Source: a virus (Duplodnaviria; Caudoviricetes). Taken from it: a stretch of DNA of 64,000 nt. Under the pieces are notes generated by a model. The model did no database searches. It saw only the letters and a program-made list of their open reading frames with translations, and was not told the origin of the DNA. The translations under genes were made by a program, and so were the position numbers. The DNA lies in the IMG/VR virus record IMGVR_UViG_3300037067_012588; one strand, given 5' to 3'. Position 1 is the first letter of the stretch. Every line of letters starts with the position of its first letter. Shown piece after piece: positions 28,959 through 38,628 of the stretch.

Positions 28959-29027
28959 AAATACCCCCTACAAAACTATTCTGGATACTTCACCCGACAA
29001 ATTTTCATATTTTGAACAAATAGCCTT

Positions 29028-29585
29028 TCACTTATTATACCAGCACCAGACGTTTCCTGCGAGGTAATCTCCGTTCGATAAATTCACAACCGCAGAAACC
29101 AAACCAGCATAACCATCGCTTGGACCGGCAAAATCTGTATATCCATGCCCAAGCATTGATTCACTGATTTTCCCAATATCAAACACGGGCGTGTTGTCTT
29201 CCTTTCTCATCATGTGATAACGCATCCACTCTTGGTCACGATACATTTCAAATTGGTAACGATTGCAGACTTTTTCACTGAAAAATCGAGAAATCCAAAA
29301 CTCGACATCTGCGCAGAAGATGTACTGAGGAACAAACCAAAAATATGTATTTCCCGTATACATGCACTGATATTTGATGCCTTCGATAAACGAAGAAACA
29401 TCGACACCGATACGCTTCAACACGCTCCACGAGTTGCAACCTGGGATTAATGCAAAAGGCTTGTCAATCCACACCTCGTCAGGAACATTGGAGAACCACT
29501 TGTCTCCTTTCGGATAAAGGAAGTCACCAATGTCGTCAGGCAGAGTTGGGTTTTCCCACTGAACAATCTTGATATCGCAATCCAT
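29028..29585 (-). CDS. hypothetical protein
   Basis: 185 aa, RBS. Confidence 0.65.
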   Translation of the reverse strand: MDCDIKIVQWENPTLPDDIGDFLYPKGDKWFSNVPDEVWIDKPFALIPGCNSWSVLKRIGVDVSSFIEGIKYQCMYTGNTYFWFVPQYIFCADVEFWISRFFSEKVCNRYQFEMYRDQEWMRYHMMRKEDNTPVFDIGKISESMLGHGYTDFAGPSDGYAGLVSAVVNLSNGDYLAGNVWCWYNK

Positions 29586-29594
29586 GATTCCCCC

Positions 29595-29849
29595 TCAGAC
29601 AAACCTCCAGTATTCTGTTTTGCTACTTATCTCAGAAAGGTTTTCCTTAATGGCTCGAACAACAGCCTCTGTGTCTCCAAGACACAAAACACATGCTCGT
29701 CCTCCAAAAAAATACCAGTCGACACGCTGCTCTGAGATAGTACGCAGCTTTTCTACCCACTTTTCGATGTCGGACACTTCGATGTCTGCCAGCGTGAAAA
29801 CATGTTGCCCGTTGGCGAATACTTCTTCGTCACATTTTTCGATCATCAA
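29595..29849 (-). CDS. hypothetical protein
   Basis: RVDWYFFGGRA motif. Confidence 0.6.
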   Translation of the reverse strand: MMIEKCDEEVFANGQHVFTLADIEVSDIEKWVEKLRTISEQRVDWYFFGGRACVLCLGDTEAVVRAIKENLSEISSKTEYWRFV

Positions 29850-30382
29850 TTATCCTCCGTGTACCACCCCTTATCACCAGCAGCCTTCTTCTTGGCTTGG
29901 ACATTGCGAAGCGCCTGAAGAAGGACTTCGGACATCACGCCGAACGTGAAAAACACGTCATTCAGAATGTCCCACCAAGCATCGATTTTGTTGTAGCTGT
30001 CCTTGATTGGCTTGCCGTCAAACGACTTGCCAGAGATGGCATTCGTAAAGCTAATGGTTTCCTTGAGTCCGAACTTGTATTCGTTCGCAGCCTTCGCCCA
30101 TTCCCGCAAGATGGCTTCGTATACCGCCGCACGCTCTTTCGTACAGACAAGGCACAGCGGGAAGCCACGATAGTCCTTTACATCGTTGATGACGACAATC
30201 TCATATGCCTTGATGTTCTTGCACACACGCTTGAGGGACTCAGGAAGTGCGTCCCATTCAAACTCGGAGCTTCCCATATAGTCCATCGAGAAAATCGAAT
30301 CGATACCAGGAAGCTCATCGTTCTTCGTTTGATTGCGAACCTTCATACGCTGAATGAGGTATGGCTTTTCCATTTCTTCCAT
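29846..30382 (-). CDS. conserved phage protein
   Basis: PYLIQR...DYMGSSEFEW.ALP.SL...WWDI.N. Confidence 0.7.
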   Translation of the reverse strand: MEEMEKPYLIQRMKVRNQTKNDELPGIDSIFSMDYMGSSEFEWDALPESLKRVCKNIKAYEIVVINDVKDYRGFPLCLVCTKERAAVYEAILREWAKAANEYKFGLKETISFTNAISGKSFDGKPIKDSYNKIDAWWDILNDVFFTFGVMSEVLLQALRNVQAKKKAAGDKGWYTEDN

Positions 30383-30384
30383 TT

Positions 30385-30843
30385 CTACTTCCTTTCACTT
30401 TTCGATTTTACGAATTCGGCAAGAGTGTGATACGACACATAAAGACTTCCAGCCTTCAGCTCCTTGATGAAATACGCATATTGCTTTGGGTCGGAAGCTT
30501 CGTACTTTTCCTTTAAGTATTCCTCGGCACTCGGAATCTTGACAACGACAGGCTTAACACGAACCTTGATTTCAATCGCCACAACCTCGTAATCGTCAGG
30601 ATTCCACTTTCGAGGGTGTGTCGGTGAGAACATATCGGCGTTGTACCAGTCAGTCGAGTTCTGGCGAACCCACTCTGCCTGAAAGGCATTGCAAACCATC
30701 CAGTATTTGGAAGCGTCATCCGTTGGCGTTGTATCCAGAGTGTACTGAGTAGACACACAAAACTCAGCATCACCGTTGCTTGTTGATTCGTAACAAACGA
30801 TATCGCCAGTCTTCTTGCTTCGTAACCCATACATGGTCGGCAT
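30385..30843 (-). CDS. hypothetical protein
   Basis: AGGAGG RBS before MPTMYG. Confidence 0.65.
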   Translation of the reverse strand: MPTMYGLRSKKTGDIVCYESTSNGDAEFCVSTQYTLDTTPTDDASKYWMVCNAFQAEWVRQNSTDWYNADMFSPTHPRKWNPDDYEVVAIEIKVRVKPVVVKIPSAEEYLKEKYEASDPKQYAYFIKELKAGSLYVSYHTLAEFVKSKSERK

Positions 30844-31110
30844 GATGTCCTCCTGTTTGTAGTTTTTAGCCTCGCTCGTCCTTGAGATATTCATTGATAT
30901 CTGCAATGACATCATCATCAACATACGAGTCAGGGCATCCGCTAATTGCCCAAGCACTATCGCAGTTCCCTTCGAGGTCAATACTGTACCCCACCACGGC
31001 ATCGATCACCTCTGAGTTCGGTCCGACTATGATTTGCATTTCGATTCTGTTCGTCATTTTGTTTTCCAATCATTTTGGTTGGCTCAACCATCCTATGTTC
31101 TTCGGTTCAC

Positions 31111-31149
31111 AAAAGAACATCGTCCAAAGAAGAAATTTCTGGAAAGAAA
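31111..31149 (-). promoter_or_regulatory. GACGAT-box promoter-like motif
   Basis: minus strand TTTCTTTCCAGAAATTTCTTCTTTGGACGATGTTCTTTT. Confidence 0.6.
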
Positions 31150-31152
31150 AAC

Positions 31153-31187
31153 AAAAAAACACAGCCCCATCTGGCCAGACGGGGCTA
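31153..31187 (-). terminator. intrinsic terminator ending the Y-RNA-like transcript
   Basis: AGCCCCGTCTGG-CCAGATGGGGCT followed by GTG and a T-run. Confidence 0.8.
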
Positions 31188-31349
31188 AGGCGCTACTTGG
31201 CTGCTGCACTGGCGTATGCTGTTCTAGCCACTTGAACTACACGCCCAATCGGGCGAGGAGGGACTCGAACCCCCAACCTGCACAGGCACTGGCAACTAGG
31301 CATTGTGGTTTCCGGAAACCACATTTACCGTCTTCTTTCGCTTGCCTCA
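31187..31349 (-). ncRNA. YrlA/Y-RNA-like permuted tRNA mimic
   Basis: T arm GGGGG-TTCGAGT-CCCTC, acceptor-like hairpin CTCGCCC-GATT-GGGCGTG, D arm GTTC-AAGTGGCTA-GAAC, closing TGTGC/GCATA stem; flanked by promoter motif and terminator. Confidence 0.75.
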
Positions 31350-31350
31350 T

Positions 31351-31385
31351 AAGAACATCGTCCAAGGAAGAAAATTCTTGGAACT
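31351..31385 (-). promoter_or_regulatory. GACGAT-box promoter-like motif upstream of the ncRNA
   Basis: aagaacatcgtccaaggaagaaaattcttggaa on +. Confidence 0.6.
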
Positions 31386-31398
31386 ATTTTTTCTTTTT

Positions 31399-31941
31399 TT
31401 ACAAAGTACCCTTCGGGTCTTTGTCTCTCCAATACTTCTCGTAATCCATTGCGAACTTCACCTGATCAGAAGTCTGCGGACACGATATCCTCCCAAGGGC
31501 TTCCATTGCAGAAACTCTCAATTTATACAACTCATTGATAGCTTTCATCGAAGACAATCCAGAACGAATAAACCAGCACGCCATTACAAGTCCTGTTCTT
31601 CCATGCCCTCCATGACAATGAACGTAAGTCATTCTTCCGTCTTTTATCCACCCAGCAATTGTGTCTAACATGCAATCCATATTCTCCATCATAGTCGGAG
31701 CAGTTCCATCAAACATTGGGACGTTGAGATATTCAATAGATGATGGAAGAAGTTGATGATAGACAACAGATGGATAACCGTCAATAGATTCACGATGGTC
31801 TCGCAAATCCATAAAAGCATTCACTCCATAAGCAAGAAGCTTCTTCACTCGGGAGAAGCTTCCATGTTCTGCAGGAACAGGACCGGCAAGAAGCTTGCCA
31901 TCCTCAACCCACCAAGAAGCACGAATAACAGGGACACTCAT
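31399..31941 (-). CDS. dual-specificity/protein-tyrosine phosphatase family
   Basis: YVHCHGGHGRTG; PQT..Q. Confidence 0.9.
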   Translation of the reverse strand: MSVPVIRASWWVEDGKLLAGPVPAEHGSFSRVKKLLAYGVNAFMDLRDHRESIDGYPSVVYHQLLPSSIEYLNVPMFDGTAPTMMENMDCMLDTIAGWIKDGRMTYVHCHGGHGRTGLVMACWFIRSGLSSMKAINELYKLRVSAMEALGRISCPQTSDQVKFAMDYEKYWRDKDPKGTL

Positions 31942-32196
31942 TCCTTTGGTTTCTCCACTGAACAAAAAGCCATCGAAATTACAGGAACACATGCAACCAA
32001 GAAAATAACAGCGCCCACACGGATTGTCTCTGTGCTTGCATAAGCAAATCCATAACTAAACGCCGCCAACAACATCAAACCCATCGAACGAATAAGCATA
32101 CTGTCTCCTTTTACAAAACGGTTCTGCTTATTATACCAAAAAATACAGATTCGTAAAAGGCAAAAGTCTTTCAGCAACGGTGTTTGTGAAAAATAT

Positions 32197-32285
32197 CCAA
32201 AACAGAAAAACTGGATATTTTATGCCACGCACAACATCCGTTATTTTGAAAACCCATCATGCCTTGAAAAAATAATCGACCTATT
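32197..32285. repeat. 89-bp dispersed element, copy 1
   Basis: CCAAAACAGAAAA...TATGCCACGCA...AAAAAATAATCGACCTATT. Confidence 0.65.
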
Positions 32286-32877
32286 CGTCGCTCGAAGATT
32301 CGTCAAAAACACTTGCTGCTGAGTATTTCTTGGCACTTACAGCGACATTGATGTTTTTCTTCGTATCACCAGTACCCTGTCTGGCAAAAACTTCTGCAAG
32401 AATGCGGTTGAAATTTTGATTCGTCTTGTCAGCCGCATACTTCTTCGACTTGCCAACCAAATCAATTCCAATCCTCGGAAATATCTTCGCCTGAATAACC
32501 TTCCAAAGGCTCCGAGAAATACAAGAACGCTCGTGAAATCGCCACATCCTTGTGTTGACTATAATATCATGGGCAAAAAGAGTCGGATAGTCTTTTTCGT
32601 GAAACATCTTCACAACTTCAAACAAGGCATCACAAAGTTTGAACTCACCAATGTTACAAGGAAGATTGATATAGGTTTCTGTGATTTCCCTCGGAACAAA
32701 AAGAAAACCTTCATCTTCAACAGGAAGAACCTTCTTCTTACATAAAGGAATACGGCATTCTTTTTTTTGCTCGGTGTTAGATTTCTCTTGATTGTAGAGG
32801 AAGTCGATATACGACACTTGCCGATCATATGTCGACTTTGCCTCTTCCAACAAAACCTGACGTGTTTTTGGTGTCAT
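32281..32877 (-). CDS. hypothetical protein
   Basis: 198 aa, ATGA-coupled. Confidence 0.65.
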   Translation of the reverse strand: MTPKTRQVLLEEAKSTYDRQVSYIDFLYNQEKSNTEQKKECRIPLCKKKVLPVEDEGFLFVPREITETYINLPCNIGEFKLCDALFEVVKMFHEKDYPTLFAHDIIVNTRMWRFHERSCISRSLWKVIQAKIFPRIGIDLVGKSKKYAADKTNQNFNRILAEVFARQGTGDTKKNINVAVSAKKYSAASVFDESSSDE

Positions 32878-33515
32878 TTCTTTTTTTCCTTTTTTACCTT
32901 TGAGTCAAGCTTCTCGACCAGCTTGACCTCTTCAAGCATGGCATCGTAAAAGGCAAGACTATCCTCATAGCTCTTCTCAAACTCGTCCAGTCTTTCCTTG
33001 GAGAGTTTAACAGAACGAACTGCGCACTCAATCACGAATTTCTTGTATTCCTCAAAACTCATAATCGGTCGAGGAATCAATGGAACATTTTTTGTATTGG
33101 TTGTCATCTCAAGTTGTTCAATCATGAACTTCTTCACATTCGCAAGCAATGGAGAGACTTTGTATTTCTTCACGTTCGCAAGCATATCTTTGAAAGACTG
33201 AACCTCTTGCTTTTTTTTCTCCTCCCGTGGAGAATCTTCCGAACAAGAGTCAACGTACTCCTTGAAGTTTTTGCGAACCAACACGGTGGAGCTTTTGAGG
33301 TTGTCGAGGTTAGCGATATCCTCCTTGTGGGCTTTCTTGAGTTCCATCAGTCTTTTCGAAAGGTTCGCACGAGATTCCTTTATCACCTTCACAACAGGAA
33401 AATCATCAGAGCAATCACGATAACAAAAAAGAAATGCCTTACAGCAATTCTTGAAGAAATCAGGAAATGATTGACCCTCTGCAACCAATGCGGTGTAACC
33501 AGTGCAACAAATCAT
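32874..33515 (-). CDS. hypothetical coiled-coil phage protein
   Basis: TGYTA...F..F...C..AF N-terminus; AGGAG RBS. Confidence 0.7.
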   Translation of the reverse strand: MICCTGYTALVAEGQSFPDFFKNCCKAFLFCYRDCSDDFPVVKVIKESRANLSKRLMELKKAHKEDIANLDNLKSSTVLVRKNFKEYVDSCSEDSPREEKKKQEVQSFKDMLANVKKYKVSPLLANVKKFMIEQLEMTTNTKNVPLIPRPIMSFEEYKKFVIECAVRSVKLSKERLDEFEKSYEDSLAFYDAMLEEVKLVEKLDSKVKKEKKK

Positions 33516-33749
33516 AATTGATTCTCCTTTTCAACGGGCATAGTTGCCCAAGCCTTCATATTATACGCAGAACCCAATCATCTACGCATAAAAGCGATTT
33601 CATTTTCATCGACGCACACTGTCGTCCACCCACTCAAGACGAGATACGTCCATTGCTCCGATAGATATCGGCAATTCATAGACAAAAACCTTTCCAGCTC
33701 TTGATCCATTCCCATTCCTCCAAAATGCATTCCTGCAATTGGACGAACT

Positions 33750-34226
33750 TCAGGAATTTGTAGGTTGTTCAGCATCTGAAAACTCCCCCATAAACGTTTC
33801 CAGCGCAATTCGATAAACAAGACGATTCGGAACGCCCTTCTGAAAGAACTCGTCATCGTTACCAAAAAGAACCTTCGACAAAGCAGCCGCAAGACCAACA
33901 GAACGGGACACGCCAGCCCCACAATGAATAACGATAGCCTCAACCCTAGAAAGCCACATCTTGACGAACGCCGATGCAGCAATGGCTTCTCTTGACGAAA
34001 ACAGAACATCACGAGGGTCTTCTGTCTCATCTAAATCTTGAAAGCGCAAACGAAGAATATCCAAAGCGCCAGAGTTGATTGACACTAAGGTCTCGCACGG
34101 GCAACAAATACTTATGACGACATGTGGGATAGGTTCTTCTGGTTTTTTCATACTTTGAATCTCATCACGAGACATCGTGATGATCGACAAACTTTTCCCG
34201 CCAATCTTGCCCACCTTAGATATCAT
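33750..34226 (-). CDS. predicted protein-tyrosine phosphatase-like protein
   Basis: VISI, LRF.D, IHCGAGVSRS, PN.LV. Confidence 0.85.
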   Translation of the reverse strand: MISKVGKIGGKSLSIITMSRDEIQSMKKPEEPIPHVVISICCPCETLVSINSGALDILRLRFQDLDETEDPRDVLFSSREAIAASAFVKMWLSRVEAIVIHCGAGVSRSVGLAAALSKVLFGNDDEFFQKGVPNRLVYRIALETFMGEFSDAEQPTNS

Positions 34227-34553
34227 TTGAAATCCTTTACAAAAAAACAGAGGGACAAAGTGCAAAAATGCCTGAGCCCCTCATTCGTTTAAAGATTCAG
34301 AAACCGAAATTAATCGGCTTCTGTGTTTGATTCTGTTTTTTGACTCTTAGATTCATCAGTGTAAAATCCTTCAAACACTTCACGAGAATCATTTTCAGAA
34401 CCACAAACGCCAAACAACAAATCGATACCAGAACTTCTTACCTCTACATCAACTTCCACGATAACTACCTCCGATACAAAACAGTCTCTCAAGTGCGAGA
34501 GACACCACAACCGCCAACAAAGCGGATTGAAACGCCTTCAGGGAGTTTGAATC

Positions 34554-34581
34554 ATCATACATCACTAAGCCAGAAAGTCAA
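34554..34581 (-). promoter_or_regulatory. sigma70-like promoter
   Basis: TTGACT-16 nt-TATGAT with an AT-rich upstream region. Confidence 0.5.
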
Positions 34582-35047
34582 CAAAAATAATTTTCAGGAT
34601 GAATTATATTACTTTGCCTTTCTCTTCTCAACAACTTCCTTCATCCCGATCATCTTCCTTGGAGTTCTCGAACCGAATCCAGTCTGCCTTCAATGGCAAC
34701 ATACTCGTGTTATGCCTTGCAGCACAATCAGGACACACTGGAACGTCTTTCTCCTCACACCACCAACGAGTCTCTTTCCCGCAAAGGCAACAAGACTCAG
34801 CAGGAGCATCTGCAAAATCGGCAGGTTCGTGGACAATCTTAATCATAATACCTCCTCTGGCGAAATCACTTGAACTTGATGTTCTTCAGTTTCCCGAAAA
34901 GAATCTTCTTCTTTTTGTGCTTGCGGATAAATCCAGCAATACACCTATACGAACAAAAGAACTGGTGTCCTGTTCCTGCTGCTGTCCCGCTGCCATTACC
35001 TGTCAGCGCCTGACACAAAAAGCATCGATTTACCTCGCTCGACATGG

Positions 35048-35314
35048 CTATTCTCCAATCACCTCGATGGTAACACGGACACGTTTGCCGACAAACTTGC
35101 GAAGCAACTTGTGACGTTCATCCTTGTCGGGGTTCACGTCGTAGCTTTGAAGCTTAACGAACATATGATCCTCGTCGGCTTGGTCCTTCTTGTACTCGGG
35201 AAACACTGTCCTCTTAGATTCGTCAATGTCGGCAACCATCGCCTGTCCGCTGTCTTCCATCTGAACCCACACTTGTGGAACAGTTCCATCGAAAACAATC
35301 TTCGTTCCTTCCAT
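35048..35314 (-). CDS. hypothetical protein
   Basis: 88 aa in tiling path. Confidence 0.6.
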   Translation of the reverse strand: MEGTKIVFDGTVPQVWVQMEDSGQAMVADIDESKRTVFPEYKKDQADEDHMFVKLQSYDVNPDKDERHKLLRKFVGKRVRVTIEVIGE

Positions 35315-35664
35315 TATACACCTTCCTTTGCATTAACCTTCCTGAGAAGGAACATGACCTTTTCAATCTTCGGGTGATTTCCGTTCCGAATACGGACGTT
35401 CCGCAATAACCATTTCCAGTCCCGATGAATCAGCCGTTCGAACGGCAAGTCCATTGTCCTCATCAGGTCCAAAAGACGGACATACGGCTCCTTGCGAGCG
35501 TCATAGCGCACCTTGCCAGTTCCTTCGCACGAAGAACACTTCGGCGAGCCATTGTGGTCATATCGTCCAGTGCCGTTGCAAGCATTGCACACTCTGAGAC
35601 GCCACATGTAAACGTTGTTCCAGAAGTGACTGGTACGTTTTGCTTTATCTTCGTGAAAAGACAT
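35314..35664 (-). CDS. DnaJ-type zinc-finger protein
   Basis: CNACNGTG...CSSCEGTG. Confidence 0.65.
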   Translation of the reverse strand: MSFHEDKAKRTSHFWNNVYMWRLRVCNACNGTGRYDHNGSPKCSSCEGTGKVRYDARKEPYVRLLDLMRTMDLPFERLIHRDWKWLLRNVRIRNGNHPKIEKVMFLLRKVNAKEGV

Positions 35665-35681
35665 GGCATTGCTCCTGATTT

Positions 35682-36002
35682 TCAGACCTTCTTGACAAGC
35701 TTGAGAAGCTCGATAGCGATATCGACTCGATCATCCTTGATGAAGAGAATTGCGCAATTCTTGAGTGATTCGATACCGTTCTTGGTTTCCTCTTCCACAA
35801 TGAAGAAGAAAACGTTGGAACCCTCAAGAATACGAAGGGCTTCTCCATCTCCGACGTTTGTCTCAATCGTGCGCTTTTTTCCACGGCGCACATCTTCCAT
35901 GATTTCCTTCGATTCCTTAATCCCCTTGCCAGTAAGTTCACGGCATGTTTTGATGGAAGAAATGAAGGCATCATTCGTGAGTCCGGTGAAAGTGATTTTC
36001 AT
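35682..36002 (-). CDS. protein with ribosomal bL12 C-terminal-like domain
   Basis: ISSIKTCRELTGKGIKESKEIME matches the IK.VR..TGLGLKEAK..VE signature. Confidence 0.6.
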   Translation of the reverse strand: MKITFTGLTNDAFISSIKTCRELTGKGIKESKEIMEDVRRGKKRTIETNVGDGEALRILEGSNVFFFIVEEETKNGIESLKNCAILFIKDDRVDIAIELLKLVKKV

Positions 36003-36035
36003 TTTAGTCCCTTTCTGTTGGATTTTTTTAATCGA

Positions 36036-36272
36036 CTATTTCCCAAACTTGATATATGCTTCGATGACAAAATCAACAGCAAGTTTCTTAACAAGTGATT
36101 CGGCACACGAGATGGCTGCAGAACCTTCAACACCATCATCGTGATACATTTGTGCAAGTTGACGAACGAAACCACTTCGGAGGATTCCGACTGAGTCTAA
36201 TTCTGAAAGTTCTTCACACATCTCTTTCAGGTGAGCCAAGCAAAAATCGACTTTTTCTGAATTATTTGACAT
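36036..36272 (-). CDS. hypothetical protein
   Basis: AGGAG RBS before MSNNSEK. Confidence 0.55.
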   Translation of the reverse strand: MSNNSEKVDFCLAHLKEMCEELSELDSVGILRSGFVRQLAQMYHDDGVEGSAAISCAESLVKKLAVDFVIEAYIKFGK

Positions 36273-36320
36273 GATTGTTCTCCTTTTGAGGTTTTTCGGG
36301 GAGGAACCGTTTCCTCCCAC

Positions 36321-36358
36321 AGAAGAACATCGTCCAAAGGAGAAATTTCTGGAAAGAA
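36321..36358 (-). promoter_or_regulatory. GACGAT-box promoter-like motif
   Basis: agaagaacatcgtccaaaggagaaatttctggaaagaa on +. Confidence 0.6.
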
Positions 36359-36505
36359 CTTCTGAGAAAAGAAAGACTTTTCGGGATGTGGGTTCCAGTA
36401 ACAATATCAAAATAATGGCTGCATCCGTAATGAACGCAGCCACTAACCAAAAGCCCAGAAACGATTACTGCAACTAAAAAACGTCCATGATGCCTATTCG
36501 TTTTC

Positions 36506-36901
36506 TTAATTGTTATCCACTTGTTGAGGAGAATCTGAAATCACAGAAAAATATGGAATTCCGTTAGGAAAGAGTTTCCACATGTCACGGGGAAGAAGAA
36601 TCGAGGCTCGACCAACAGCGATACCAAGACAAAGAAGGTTGTCGATATCCCTGTGTTCGCCCCAATGAACCCCGTCCTCCCGCTGACAAGCCATCAAGAA
36701 CGACCAACCGTCATTGATAAACTGCTTCGGCAACTGCTCCAACATCGATATGATGTTTTCTTCCTGCTCGTTCAGGTGTTTGGGATTGAACCCAAACTTT
36801 CCACAAACACCTTCAACCATCACGGCGTTCGAAGAATCTTCTCCTCTGTTGAACAGGCACGAAACAATAACGTTCTCAACGTTTTCCGATGTCAGCTCCA
36901 T
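36506..36901 (-). CDS. conserved phage protein
   Basis: GWSFL.AC...G..WGEH...L..LG...LPR.MW..FP.G.PY. Confidence 0.7.
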   Translation of the reverse strand: MELTSENVENVIVSCLFNRGEDSSNAVMVEGVCGKFGFNPKHLNEQEENIISMLEQLPKQFINDGWSFLMACQREDGVHWGEHRDIDNLLCLGIAVGRASILLPRDMWKLFPNGIPYFSVISDSPQQVDNN

Positions 36902-37194
36902 TTCACACCTCGATTTTATCTGAGAAAAATTTGTCGCACACATACGGCTTCAACAAGTCCTCAATCTTTTCGATGCCGAGTTCATCGAGGGCATCGATAT
37001 ACGAATGAAGCTCGCTCAACGACTTCGCTACCTTGAAGCAATTCATGTCCTTGTCGTAAAGAGCGAAAATCTCTCCATTACAACCAAGACAGATGTCGAA
37101 ATGCAGACCCTTCTTCTTCGCCCTCTCGTTCAACACCCAAAACGGCTCGTTGAAAGACTTCGTATCTTCAAGCAGTTCATTCAAACTCATTGCT

Positions 37195-37689
37195 TCACCC
37201 CCGAACATTTCCCAACAAAAAATTTGCACTTCGGATGATTGAGTTCATCTTGTCGTTTTCGCCTCTATCCCAACACTCAACAAGAGAAAAAAGCATATAC
37301 CTGAGCTTGTGAGCAGAAGCGTACAGACGTGCCTTTGTGCCATTTGTGACACCATCGGCAACAACCTTGGACTCTTCATCAGAGATAGAAAAGGTCTTGT
37401 CTGTTTCGCTGAAATGCACACTGTATTTATTCTCAACACCAGTGTCTTTCTTGATGGATTCTTGAACCCTTACAACATCTTCATCGCTGAGCGGAATGAT
37501 GCTTGCATTCATGCCCAAAACAACAACCCGAAACAAACTCCAAGCCCTCGACTCACAAGGGAACAACGCAACTGGAAAACCCAAAGCGATGCTGGCTTGA
37601 TTCGAAAGATATGCCGTCCAATAGCAATCGTTCAAATACCCACCAAAACGAGACAATTGTTCGATTTCGTCATGGATTGTTTTGTTCAT
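37195..37689 (-). CDS. hypothetical protein
   Basis: ORF in tiling path. Confidence 0.55.
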   Translation of the reverse strand: MNKTIHDEIEQLSRFGGYLNDCYWTAYLSNQASIALGFPVALFPCESRAWSLFRVVVLGMNASIIPLSDEDVVRVQESIKKDTGVENKYSVHFSETDKTFSISDEESKVVADGVTNGTKARLYASAHKLRYMLFSLVECWDRGENDKMNSIIRSANFLLGNVRG

Positions 37690-37699
37690 GATGCCCCCA

Positions 37700-38269
37700 T
37701 TATCGGTTATAAGCCGCACTCAGCGCAGCACGCACTTTGTCAAGGTTCGTCCCATCATACCGCACAACGTTCTTGTGTTTGAAATCCTCATTGTAATCAT
37801 GAGCTGGCATAATCACCACGCCACGAGGACGATACTCCAACCAGCGGGTAATGTATTCGGGATAATCATCGACAAGGACTCGCCCGTAATGAAGCCCCTT
37901 GTCCCTTGTGATGCAAACCTCGATATCTGGCAGGTGCTTGTCACACCACTTGAGCTTGTGCGACCACGCCTCAGCGTTGTTCCGTGGACCCTGAGTGAGA
38001 ATGACAATGCGGAAGTTGAGGTTTTTGGCTTCGCCAAGAATGTCCCAGCCGAGCTGAAAACGATCAAGATTCTCCCACCACGAGCCTGCATTCTTTATCA
38101 GCTTCGCACGCTCCTTGATATAGGACGGAAGATCAGCTCGATAGATAGAACCAAGCTTTGGTTCTTCAGGAGACTTCAACTTTCCAAGGTCACGAACAAG
38201 TGCTCCTTCATAATCAGCAAGCGTCCCATCCATATCGAAATAAGCAACAGGCTTCTTTTCAGGATTCAT
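37700..38269 (-). CDS. HAD-superfamily 5'(3')-deoxyribonucleotidase-like protein
   Basis: FDMDGTLAD, ILT, K..W, VLVDD, YN. Confidence 0.88.
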   Translation of the reverse strand: MNPEKKPVAYFDMDGTLADYEGALVRDLGKLKSPEEPKLGSIYRADLPSYIKERAKLIKNAGSWWENLDRFQLGWDILGEAKNLNFRIVILTQGPRNNAEAWSHKLKWCDKHLPDIEVCITRDKGLHYGRVLVDDYPEYITRWLEYRPRGVVIMPAHDYNEDFKHKNVVRYDGTNLDKVRAALSAAYNR

Positions 38270-38623
38270 TTATTGGTTCCTTTTTATGATGTCTTGAACC
38301 TCTTGTAAAACCTTCTTGCTCCAGCGACCATACCATTTGCCAAGAGGAACAAGTTCTTTTGATATTTCAAAAGCATTCAAGTCAAAAAGCATGTAATACG
38401 AAGGACACGTTTTACGCTTCTCAAACACCGTGAAGAAAACAGGATGAGAATGATGGTGCGCCACTACAAAACGACCATCATCACTGCGCCATTGAATTGT
38501 CCTCTTAGCAGACTGAAAGCATCCCTCGCCAAGAAGAAAGCGACTCATGAACAATTCATCTCTGTTTTCAACAGGAGGAGCTTTGCCACCAAGAATAGCT
38601 TTTCCAGTAATAACAAGAGCCAT
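38270..38623 (-). CDS. hypothetical protein
   Basis: 117 aa, RBS. Confidence 0.6.
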   Translation of the reverse strand: MALVITGKAILGGKAPPVENRDELFMSRFLLGEGCFQSAKRTIQWRSDDGRFVVAHHHSHPVFFTVFEKRKTCPSYYMLFDLNAFEISKELVPLGKWYGRWSKKVLQEVQDIIKRNQ

Positions 38624-38628
38624 AACAC

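Noticed and set aside
31215-31284. Canonical tRNA or two-piece tmRNA
   Set aside because: The halves are in permuted order with no anticodon loop or CCA; there is no G3-U70 pair and no tag ORF.
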